DNA from: Macrostomum lignano
Taxonomy: Eukaryota
Length of the DNA stretch: 64,000 nt
Assembly: GCA_002269645.1 (NCBI GenBank)
Contig: NIVC01001787.1
Coordinates: forward strand, 31,217-95,216
Direction: 5' to 3'
Below the pieces are notes generated by a model. That model did not search any database, was not told the DNA's origin, and saw nothing but the letters and a program-made list of their open reading frames with translations. This document shows positions 1 through 9,600 of the stretch, one piece after another (within the stretch, counting starts at the first letter, position 1; each line of letters starts with the position of its first letter). Made by a program: the position numbers and the translations under genes.

Positions 1-872
1 TCCGTTGTGCTACCACACTCCCGAACCGACGGAACACACGGCACTGCCTCTTTCCCAGTCTGAGCATCGACTCGACACGCGACACGCCTGCAATATACAG
101 TATTGACCAGCCGCAAGATGCCGTTCGACTGAGCTCACTGTCTGTACGTCCAGCAATCGTGAACCCCGCAGGCGCGCTTTCAGTCTGCAGTGCATTGACT
201 CCATGAGTCCAGCTGATTGATGGTGCAGTGGACCAGCCAAATACGCGTAGTCGCACATATGTGAGCAAACTTGATACGCGTTGTACGACTGTGCTAAAAC
301 GGAGTACAGCCGATGCAGCTCAGCAAAGACGTATCGGAGTGCTGTTCGCACATGTGAAATCTCGCTTTTTGGGCCATCTAGTAGTGTTAGTCAAAACATG
401 ACTGTCGACATTACGCGAAGGAAGCTTATGTGATTCGGACAGTACAGTAGTCGCTAAGGAAGGATTCCAATGTCATCGGGGCTGGCGCCAACAGCCACGT
501 TTCGAATTCGTGGCCGCGGAACTTTTTAAGCTCCCCGAGTCCGCCTGGAAGTCGATGGATCGATCGGGGTACTTTAATTTTTGCCACCTGCACAATGACA
601 ATAAATAAAAAATTCGGTTAAAAACGTTGAATCCGGACAGACCGAGTAAATATCCGGAATGAAAATCGGGGTACATTCATTCGAATAGGGGACTGTATCC
701 TGACCATCAGACGGAGTTCCAGCGGGATATTGATAATCCGGATAAAAGTGTGGATAAATATGATATTCGGGGCATTTTTACCTTATCCGGTCATACACTC
801 AAAATAAGCAACATATGCACATCCGGATAGATCACATCCGACCGATTTAACCTTCTCCATTCTTAAGCGGTC

Positions 873-1030
873 ACCATAGTAGTAACTGATGACCCACTAG
901 GTGACCTACCATAGCAGTCACTGATGACCCACTAGGTGACCTACCATAGCAGTCACTGACGACCCACCAGGTGACCAGATAGTAGCCACTGATGACCCAC
1001 CAGGTGACCAGATAGTAGTCACTGATGACT
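873..1030. repeat. Short tandem repeat, 33-35 bp unit (GATGACCCACYAGGTGACC...ATAGYAGTCACT), ~4-5 copies, in a FIG4 intron
   Basis: Direct repeats read from the sequence, ending ~60 nt before the FIG4 acceptor at 1090. Confidence 0.85.
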
Positions 1031-1090
1031 TAATAGATCTTGTGTGCTGTAGTTAGAGATAGCTATTCATCAGTCACCCTTCCCCTTTAG

Positions 1091-1712
1091 ATACGGCAGC
1101 CCCATCCAAGTTGTCAACCTGATGAAGCAGCAGCGCCGTTCGCAACGCGAGGTACTTCTAACCCAGCTTCTAACGCAAAGCGTTCGCTATCTCAACCAGT
1201 TTGTGCCGGCGTCTCGCTGCCTACTCTATCGGCACTTCGACATGGCCCGTATTCAGAAGCAGCCCGGCCGTTCTGTACTGTTAGAATTCGCTCCCATTGC
1301 CGCGGATCTGCTGGCTGCTAACGGCCTGTTCTGCCGTCAGGCCGGCCGGACCGAGTCTGTGCAGCTGGGCGTGGCCAGGACCAACTGCGTCGACTGCCTG
1401 GACCGGACCAACACCGCCCAGTACGTGTTGGGACTGCTAGCGGCCGGCCGGCAGCTCGACTTGCTCGGGCTGGTCGACTACAAGCCTGACGAGACGCCAT
1501 TCAATACCCAGCTAGACGCTGTCATCACCAACCTGTACGAGGATCACGGCGACGCGCTGGCGTTGCAGTACGGCGGCTCCCAGCTGGTGCACAATGTTGA
1601 CACTTATAGGAAGTCGGCTCGCACGGTGTGGGGCTCTCAGAGGCGTCGGGATCTGGGCCAGACGCTGCAGCGCTATATTAATAATACCTTTACTGATACG
1701 GAAAAGCAGCAG
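1091..1712 (+). CDS. FIG4: FIG4 polyphosphoinositide phosphatase, penultimate coding exon (upstream exons lie outside the window)
   Basis: Acceptor tcccctttag|1091 and donor CAG|gtgagt at 1712/1713. Translation (R)YGSPIQVVNLMK...YLNQF...RTNCVDCLDRTNTAQY (SAC CX5RT catalytic motif)...LYEDHGDALALQYGGSQLVH...QTLQRY matches FIG4/SAC3. Confidence 0.93.
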
Positions 1713-1754
1713 GTGAGTTATGAGGTCTTTCCTGATCCAAGAGTTCCAAGCTTT

Positions 1755-2490
1755 TGGATCTGGGATCTGGGATTCGGGCTCAAAGTGTGGAGGAAGGAGA
1801 TTGGGGATCTGGGATTCGGGCTCAAAGTGTGGAGGAAGGAGATTGGGGATCTGGGATTCGGGCTCAAAGTGTGGAGGAAGGAGATTAGGGATCTGGGATT
1901 CCAGCTCAAAGTGGGGAGTAGGGAGATTAGGGATCTGGGAGTCGAGCTCGAAGTGGGAAGGGGGATTGGGGATCTGGGATTCAAACTCAAAGTGAGGATT
2001 AGGGAGACTTGGGATCTGGGATTCAAACTCGAAGTGAGGATTAGGGAGATTTGGGATCTGGGATTCAAACTCGAAGTAGGGAGACTTGGGATCTGGGATT
2101 CAAACTTGAAGTGAGGATTAGGGAGACTTGGGATCTGGGATTCAAACTCGAAGTGGGGAGTAGGGAGATTTGGGATCTGGGATTCAAACTCGAAGTGGGG
2201 AGTAGGGAGATTTGGGATCTGGGATTCAAACTCGAAGTGGGGAGTAGGGAGATTTGGGATCTGGGATTCAAACTCGAAGTGGGGAGTAGGGAGATTTGGG
2301 ATCTGGGATTCAAACTCGAAGTGGGGATTAGGGAGATTTGGGATCTGGGATTCAAACTCGAAGTAGGCAGATTTGGGATCTGGGATTCAAACTCGAAGTG
2401 GGGAGTAGGGAGATTTGGGATATAGGATTCAAACTCAAAGTGAGGAGTAGAGAGATTTTATAATCTGGGATTCAAACTCGAAGTAGGAAG
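1755..2490. repeat. Intronic G-rich minisatellite, 39-42 bp unit (GGGAGATTTGGGATCTGGGATTCAAACTCGAAGTGGGGAGTA), ~18 copies
   Basis: Tandem units visible; fills most of FIG4 intron 1713-2660. Confidence 0.93.
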
Positions 2491-2660
2491 ACTTGTTTTA
2501 GGATCGGGACTTGTTTTAGACGAACTTTGGATTTGTCTCAAAGTAATCGTTTGAATGGGAACTCCGATGTTAGTTTTGAACTCAAAGTAAAGGGGATCAG
2601 GGAATTTCGGGCCTGGTATTGATCTGTCATGATTAGCTTATCCCGCCGGCAATTGCGCAG

Positions 2661-3623
2661 GCGATCAGCCTATTCCTGGGCGTATTCCGGCCTCCGCCTA
2701 GAAACAGCGGCAAACCGCACCTGTGGGAGCTCGGCTCCGAGGCGCATCTGCACTCCAAGCCGTCGTCAATCACCGGTCGGCGGAATACGCGGGCCTGGTG
2801 CCCCGACCAGCTACTAGCCCAGCTGCCGTATCCCAGCGGCCAGACGCCTGCCCGGCATCAGCAGTCCGCCGCTTCAACAGCCGATCCTGTAGTTCAGCTG
2901 CAACGCGAATTGGCTTTCCATCGGCTGTACCAGCCCTGGCTGCTCACCCTGTTCCCGCCGCCGCCGGACACCGCGCCAAAGCCTCTGACCATCGGCAGCG
3001 TTGGCCAGCCGTTGCGCCGGTTAAGCGTCGACCAGGGCCAGGCGGAGCGGTACAGTTCTGTGCACAAGTTCGCCGCCGCAGCCGCCGCGGCCGCCGCTGC
3101 CGCCGTCTCTGGATCGTCGAGCTCTTTAGCTTCGTCGGTGCAGCAGCAGCATCAGCAGTCAGACTCTGGCGCCGACACCGACTCTCTAGACGCTATTGAA
3201 GTTGCTAGCGAAGCCTCCGCTACCGCAGCGGCCGCAGCCTATCCGGTATGGAGCTTGAATAGTCGGACAGGCTCTCCGGCACCGCCACCCCCGCCGCCGC
3301 CTCCGCCTTCATTGGCGCCACCAGCGCCACCGCCTGCGCGAGATCCGGCGCCATACGATTGTCAGCGCTATTCGGCCTACGCCAGCTTTGCCGCTGAATT
3401 CCGTTTGGACCAATTCGAGGCCAGCCGTGCCGCGCCGGCCAAAGCAGCCTTTTACGACGTGTACGGCGATTCTAGCCGGACTAGCCTGGCCGATATGGGA
3501 CTGCGCGATCGGCAGCTGTGCTTCGACTGCGTTCACGTGTCCGTATTTGGGCCGTCTGTTGGCGAACGTGACGCCAGAGTCTATTCTCAATATATTCAGC
3601 CGGACCTTGCAACCTATTGCTGA
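2661..3623 (+). CDS. FIG4: FIG4 terminal coding exon
   Basis: Acceptor ttgcgcag|2661, phase 0 matching the donor at 1712. Reads AISLFLGVFRP...PHLWELGSEAHLH (FIG4 SINLFLGVF...HLWEL motif) and stays open in the frame of ORF 2910-3623 to TGA. Confidence 0.88.
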   Translation, partial: AISLFLGVFRPPPRNSGKPHLWELGSEAHLHSKPSSITGRRNTRAWCPDQLLAQLPYPSGQTPARHQQSAASTADPVVQLQRELAFHRLYQPWLLTLFPPPPDTAPKPLTIGSVGQPLRRLSVDQGQAERYSSVHKFAAAAAAAAAAAVSGSSSSLASSVQQQHQQSDSGADTDSLDAIEVASEASATAAAAAYPVWSLNSRTGSPAPPPPPPPPPSLAPPAPPPARDPAPYDCQRYSAYASFAAEFRLDQFEASRAAPAKAAFYDVYGDSSRTSLADMGLRDRQLCFDCVHVSVFGPSVGERDARVYSQYIQPDLATYC

Positions 3624-3734
3624 GAGTTTGCTGTAAGAACTGTAAAATAATTGCTAATAAAACTATTACCGCCAATCTGACCTTAGTTGTGATTGATTAA
3701 TCGCCTTTAAAAATCGATTGTAATCGCAAAATCG

Positions 3735-4445
3735 CCGCTAAGTTATTCTTAGAAATCGCCCCAGAGCTGTTCTTAGAAATCGCCCCTGAGCTGTTCTTAG
3801 AAATCGCTTCTGGGCTGTTCTTAGAAATCGCCCTCAAACTTCTCATACCAATCGCCCCTGAGTCGTTTTTAGAAATCGCTCCTGCGCTGTTCTTAGAAAT
3901 CGCCCCTAAGCTATTCTTAGAAATCGACCTTAAGCTGTTCTTAGAAATCGCCCTTGAGCTGTTCTTAGAAATCGCCCCTGAGCTGTTCTTAGAAATCGCC
4001 CTTGAGCTGTTCTTAGAAATCGCCCCTAAGCTATTCTTAGAAATCGCCCCTGAGCTGTTCTTAGAAATCGCCCCTGAGCTGTTCTTAGAAATCGCCCCTG
4101 GGCTGTTCTTAGAAATCGACCCTGAGCTGTTCTTAGAAATCGCCGCTCAGTTATTCTTAGAAATCGCCCAGAGCTGTTCTTAGAAATCGCCGCTCAGTTA
4201 TTCTTAGAAATCGCCCCAGAGCTGTTCTTAGAAATCGCCCAGAGCTGTTCTTAGAAATCGCCGCTCAGTTATTCTTAGAAATCGCCCCAGAGCTGTTCTT
4301 AGAAATCGCCCAGAGCTGTTCTTAGAAATCGCCCCTGAGCTGTTCTTAGAAATCGCTCCTGGGCTGTTCTTAGAAATCGCTCCTGAGCTGTTCTTAGAAA
4401 TCGCCGCTCAGTTATTCTTAGAAATCGCCCTTGTACTGCTCTTAG
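3735..4445. repeat. Minisatellite, 23-24 bp unit (CTGAGCTGTTCTTAGAAATCGCCC), ~29 copies, just downstream of the FIG4 stop
   Basis: Tandem units visible. Confidence 0.93.
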
Positions 4446-5048
4446 AAATACGAGAAATACGAGAAATGCTCTTAGTTATCTACGTTTTCGTGCTTTTGTG
4501 TAAATTGCTTGCTGAAATTCAACATAATGCCATAAATTTATTGAGTTTTATCAATACTTTTGTGTCCCTATATCTTAAAACTGCAGGGTATTATTGATAT
4601 TTAATAAGTAATTTTATTGCCTCTCTGATTGTTTTACTCAAGTCTTTCATTTTGTGCTTTTGAAATAACTTAAACACTAGTTCGTAATGGTTTACACAGT
4701 TGCTATAAATACAAATTTATAAGCGGTTCACTTTCTAGCAATCTTAAGCATATTGTGTGATTTTAGTTACACGATCGGTCTTGCATTGCTGATTATTTTC
4801 TTGCATTCATGGACAAGGAGGGTAGCTTATCAGCGCGTCCATAGCAACGCCCTCCAGCGGCTGTTGTTGTCTCGCGCCAGATGACTACTGTAGAAACGCG
4901 CGCTATGCATGACACTGCCGCATCCTAGATTTGAATTATTAATCGCCTGTTCAGCTCAAAGCTACATGAAGTCGGCATTTATTTTTTCGCATCGTCTGTT
5001 TTTTTGACAACCAAAGCGAGCGGTGCGCCGTAAGCCTCTGAGACTGAG

Positions 5049-5290
5049 ATGTGTCTCAGACTATTGCTGAAGGCCATTCTGATAACTAGCCTTGTTGTCG
5101 GCTCTGTCGGCGGTCAGTGGTGTCACTGGCTGCGCTGGGAGTGCCAGAGAAGTGCGATCCTTTGTCGGCCAGTGCGCCAGCGGGCCTGCTGCTCTGACAA
5201 CTGCAGCGGCGGAAGTGGCAGCGAGGATGCCGTGTACAATTCACAGTCTCTGATGCTGCATCCGCCGTTCTATTGCGATATGGCCGCTAA
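5049..5290 (+). CDS. Unnamed TSR-like type I membrane protein, exon 1 (signal peptide + TSR-like repeat 1), copy 1
   Basis: ATG 5049; hydrophobic N-terminus MCLRLLLKAILITSLVVGSVGG; WCHWLRW...RQRAC; donor AA|gtgagc (phase 2). Confidence 0.7.
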
Positions 5291-5339
5291 GTGAGCTGTT
5301 CAAGTTCTTGCAGCCTTGGGGGGGGGGAGGGGAACACAT

Positions 5340-5800
5340 TGAGCTCGAATCCCAGATTCCCAAACTTGACTTAATCCCATGCTCTGAGCTCGAATCCCAG
5401 ATCCCCAAACTTGATTTAATCCCATGCTTTGAGCTCTCGAATCCCAGATCCCCAAACTTGACTTAATCCCATGCTCTGAGCTCGAATCCCAGATCCCCAA
5501 ACTTGATTTAATCCCATGCTTTGAGCTCTCGAATCCCAGATCCCCAAACTTGACTTAATCCCATGCTTTGAGCTCTCGAATCCCAGATCCCCAAACTTGA
5601 CTTAATCCCATGCTTTGAGCTCTCGAATCCCAGATCCCCAAACTTGAATTAATCCCATGCTTTGAGCTCTCGAATCCCAGATCCCCAAACTTGACTTAAT
5701 CCCATGCTTTGAGCTCGAATCCCAGATCCCCAAACTTGACTTAATCCCATGCTTTGAGCTCTCGAATCCCAGATCCCCAAACTTGACCCAATCCCATACT
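5340..5800. repeat. Intronic minisatellite, 45/47 bp unit (GAGCTCGAATCCCAGATCCCCAAACTTGACTTAATCCCATGCTTT), ~10 copies
   Basis: Tandem units visible within intron 5291-5839. Confidence 0.93.
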
Positions 5801-5839
5801 TGAGATGTGAGATGCTTATTTTTATCTCGATCGCTGCAG

Positions 5840-6469
5840 CTCCAGTTCGACCGTCTGCGCCAGCCATTTCGCCCAGTACACGCCGTCGGCCAATGCGTCA
5901 CTGTGGTGCGCCTGGACCTACTGGACTGCCTGGGCCACCGTGATGGAGAGCGGCAGCGCCGGAGCCTGCGTTTGGAAGCGCGTGCGAAGCCGCCAGAGGG
6001 CCTGCGAGTGCCCGCCGCCGCTGGTGACCTCGACGAACTCCAGCAACTCCTCCAGTCAGTGCGACTCCGGCAGTCTGGTGGGCGACAGCGACAACTCGAC
6101 CGGCTTTGCCACTTTGATTGGCGCCGATGGCGTCCTGCGTCTGTTCAGCACTGAGCTGACGGATCCCGCTGACGGTTTCGAAGCTCCGTCGTCGGTCTGC
6201 AGCACCGACGGCGGCAGCACCGACGACGGCAGCGGCGGCGTCTCTTCAACAGAGTCGAGTCGAGTCAGTCCTTCCTGGGCCTGGGTGGCCGCCGTTGCCG
6301 CAGTGCCGCTCGCCCTTCTGTTGGTTGCCGCCTCCGTGGTCGCCGGCGTCTGTCTCGGCCGACTGCACGCCAAGCGGGTGAGGGCCGCCGCCGCCGCTGC
6401 AGCCGAGCTCAGCGCCGTTGCTGCTTCCTCAACGGCTACGGATTCGTCTGCGGCGTCTTCGACTGCGAT
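5840..6469 (+). CDS. Unnamed TSR-like membrane protein, exon 2 (TSR-like repeat 2, Ser-rich stalk, TM helix), copy 1
   Basis: Acceptor ctgcag|5840 is phase-compatible with exon 1. Reads WCAWTYWTAW...C..KRVRSRQRACECPPP, then TM WAWVAAVAAVPLALLLVAASVVAGVCLG followed by basic RLHAKR. Donor AT|gtaaga (phase 2). Confidence 0.72.
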
Positions 6470-6776
6470 GTAAGACTCGACTCTCGCGCCGCGACCCCTG
6501 GTTCGATTCTGTGCGCGGCCACATTCATTTGGGGCTGGTGTGCACGAAAATCGTGCGGTTGTCATGCAATTCACAGCCATGACTGCCAACCCCTAAGTCA
6601 CATGCCGTACAGTATTGGCGCGCTTGTATAATGTGCTCAGGAGCCAGCGGAATGGGCTAAGTTGTCCTCAGCTCCGGTTGTGGGACGATGTCGCCGAATG
6701 CGTTGCACCCGGGTGCCCGCAACCCTCCTGCAGATATTGATATTTACAGCTTTTTGCAGTCCATTTGAGCTGACAC

Positions 6777-7236
6777 GCATTGAATTGAATCCAAGATATG
6801 TTTGCCAAAGCAATTGAGCTTTTGTCTATGGTAGCAAGGCTGGCACAGCAGCAGTTTGGTCTAACAAGCATTAATTTGATCCATAGAGGCTATGAAACTC
6901 ATAGAAACTCTACGAGTTACTCGTACAGTTGTGTTAATGCAAATTTCACTGTACCGATACAAAATGATGCTGACTATCAACTATAACGAAAACAAAAATT
7001 AACGTTCGTTTGACAGTCTAGCATATGGTACACGATTTTTTGGGGCTGATCTTGCTAATATTGCTATGCTTGTGACAGTCTGTCTAAATGAGAATCTAGG
7101 GGTGAAACTATAGAGCCGCTATACGGACCAAATTGATGCTTGTTGGACCAAATTAACTGCTGCTGTGTCAGCCTTGCTACCATAGACAAAAGCTCAATTG
7201 CTTTGACAGATGTATCTTGGGTTTAATTCAACTGCA
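6777..7236. mobile_element. MITE-like fold-back element with ~110-bp imperfect inverted arms
   Basis: 6790-6880 (CCAAGATATGTTTGCCAAAGCAATTGAGCTTTTGTCTATGGTAGCAAGGCTGGCACAGCAGCAG...) is the reverse complement of ~7125-7222 with few mismatches. No TSD identified. Confidence 0.6.
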
Positions 7237-7404
7237 TGCATGTAAGCCCAAATAGGCTGCAAGAACCTATATTATCGTAAGCTACTGGGCACTGGGCTGG
7301 GAGAGATTCTGGGATAGGGCCGCGCCCAGCAGATCCCAGCCACTGACTGCGATATTTTAGCACCATTCTCACTAGCAGGAGGCAAGTGCAAGCTGTCGGA
7401 TGTA

Positions 7405-8686
7405 TAAGGGTGAGCCAAAAGTTTCCGGAATTTGAACAATTTAAAACTATAACAAATAGTGTCAAGAACAAACAGTTTACAGCGATGTGATGTAGTTGCC
7501 ATTCAAGGCCCTGACCCTCTCCCATCTTGCTGGCAATGCCTCAATCCCCTCCCTCCAGAAGCTCGCAGGCTTTGAATCAATCCATTTCTGCACTGCCTGC
7601 TCCACATGTTGCTTGTTGGCGAACCGCTGTCCATCACAAAAGCTCTGGAGAGACCTGAACACATGGTAGTCGCATGGCGAGAGGTCTGGCGAGTATGGTG
7701 GGTGGGGCAAAACACTGAAGCCCAGGCTTGCCAGCTTGGCCTGGGTGAGTCTTGCTTTGTGAGGCCGCGCATTGTCAAAGAGGAGCACCTTGTCGCGGTG
7801 TCCCGGGCACACGGATCGCAGCAAACGGGCGACCTGCTCCAGTTCGCTGCAGATCACCTCCGCGTTCACAGCCATTGCCATGCGGGATGACCTCCCAGAA
7901 AACAGGGCCAGACGAGCAGGACCAGAAAGAGAGCAGCTCCTTGCCGCAGTGGGGGTTCCGCATTGGGCAGCTGGGTGTTTCTTCAGAAGCATCGACCCAG
8001 ACGGCTGATGTGCTTGGGTTCTCACAGCAGACCCACTTCTCGTCTTGAGCGATTATCGACTTGAGAAAGTTTGGCGAATGACCTGGCGAAGATTCGAAGT
8101 TGCCACATCCACCCTGGCTCTCAGCTGCTGAAGTGTCAGCTCATGGGGCACCAGAGTTGGCTTCTTCGGCACCTTGTCCGCAGCATGCAGGCTCCGCCGG
8201 ACCGTGCCGCAGGACACCCCAGTAGCGGCTGACAGCTTGCGCACGCTGTAGTCCGGATTGTCCTCAAGGGCTTGGAGAACGGCATCGCCATCAGCAGCAG
8301 GGGGTCGGCCTGACCTCGGCTTGTCCTTCAGCTCATAGTTCTCCTCAGCAAAGCGAGAGAACCAGTCGTACACCGACGACTTGGAGGGTGCATGTGGGCC
8401 CATCAGCTGCAACAACTCGCGATGTGCCTCTGCTGCGTTGCGTCCCGCATGAAAGTGGTTAAGCAGAATTGCTCGCCATTCAGTTCTTGGCAGTTCCATT
8501 TGATGCGTTTGCTGGCTTGAGTAGGCAGGGTCTGGGAAACTGAGCGATGCTAAGCTAGAGAGTGATGATAAGGCTGGCCAACAGCATAGTACTCGTAGAT
8601 GGTTGCTGCTTTTAAGCTTTTCCATAGACAAAAATTAACTAAAAGTTCGATTCTAAAAAATTCCGGAAACTTTTGGCTCACCCTAA
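7405..8686 (-). mobile_element. Full-length mariner (Tc1/mariner, DD34D) DNA transposon, 1282 bp, copy 1
   Basis: 29-bp TIRs TAAGGGTGAGCCAAAAGTTTCCGGAATTT / AAATTCCGGAAACTTTTGGCTCACCCTAA (1 mismatch); TA target duplication at 7403-7404 and 8687-8688. Confidence 0.95.
7477..8499 (-). pseudogene. Mariner transposase with two frameshifts (~8081 and ~7875), ~340 codons
   Basis: MELPRTEWR...HTH...LVPHEL, then QDEKW in the shifted frame, then DNARPH...YSPDLSPCD with exactly 34 residues between the last two Asp. Confidence 0.9.
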
Positions 8687-8861
8687 TATGTTCATTCCAC
8701 TGACCCTTTGAATACTTGAACACGATCGAATTCCCTACTTGCATGGTAGTAAGTAGTTTCACTGGCGAAAAAATGGCTCAAATGGCTCAAAATTGCTTAA
8801 ATGGCTTAAAATTGAAAGATTAGAATTTATTGCACTCGCGCACTGCATTGCTGATCTGCAG

Positions 8862-9075
8862 GATACTGCAAGTTCAACCTGACGGCACAGAAGCCGCATC
8901 CGCTGCTCGTGTAGTGCCGTCGCTGCCGCCGCCGCTGCCGCCGATTCAATCGAAATGTCCAGTCAACGGTAGAATCTTTGCAAACTCTGCTCTGCTGTCC
9001 AGACTGCCGCCTCTGTACCCCACCTGTAGCAGCTCCGCGCACTGCGGGCCAACCCCCGTGCGCAGGTGCGATTGA
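8862..9075 (+). CDS. Unnamed TSR-like membrane protein, exon 3 (Pro-rich cytoplasmic tail), copy 1. It ends at TGA 9075 or splices at 9065 to a possible exon 9600-9720
   Basis: Acceptor gatctgcag|8862 is phase-compatible (AT+G). Reads ILQVQPDG...PSLPPPLPP; possible donor AG|gtgcga. Confidence 0.5.
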
Positions 9076-9499
9076 CACCTATCTACGACGAGACTTCAAA
9101 CATGATTAGCGTTCGGGTTGGCAATTGTCAGACTGGATTTGATTTTGACGGCGGACAACAGCCCAGACCAGGAGCTTTGAATATTACATGTACGGACTTC
9201 GTCCATTTTGCGCGTGTGCATGATGTATTTATGTACTGTCACACTACAGCTAGCTAAATGTTAGAAGAGGACACTCACGGGCATGCATGGTGCATGTCAG
9301 AGGTCATGTACCACACTTTGAAGTGGACTGGCTGAATTTTACATGCATGATGCAAATATGTATGTGTTGATACATGTATCTGTGTACTGTACTGTACTGA
9401 GTAAAGGTAAAGATACAGAAAAGCTTACCAGATATTCAGCTGGCACAGATGCGAATTAGATGTGATCTCGAATTAATTGTGTTCCAGTTATTTTTTAAT

Positions 9500-9600
9500 T
9501 ACAACAACAATTCAGCAACAATAAAAACAACTAGATGTACAACAGCAACACCAACCAAAACAACAACAACAACAACAACAACAAAAACAACAGCAGCAGT
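9500..9600. repeat. (AAC)n microsatellite (second copy at 18655-18755)
   Basis: Direct reading. Confidence 0.85.

Noticed and set aside
10-351. 113-aa minus-strand ORF, faintly reminiscent of a retroelement RNase H segment
   Set aside because: No recognisable catalytic motifs; truncated by the window edge; cannot be supported without a database search
1713-2425. Repetitive C-terminal extension of ORF 1122-2114 and overlapping ORFs
   Set aside because: Intron read-through; FIG4 homology resumes in phase at 2661
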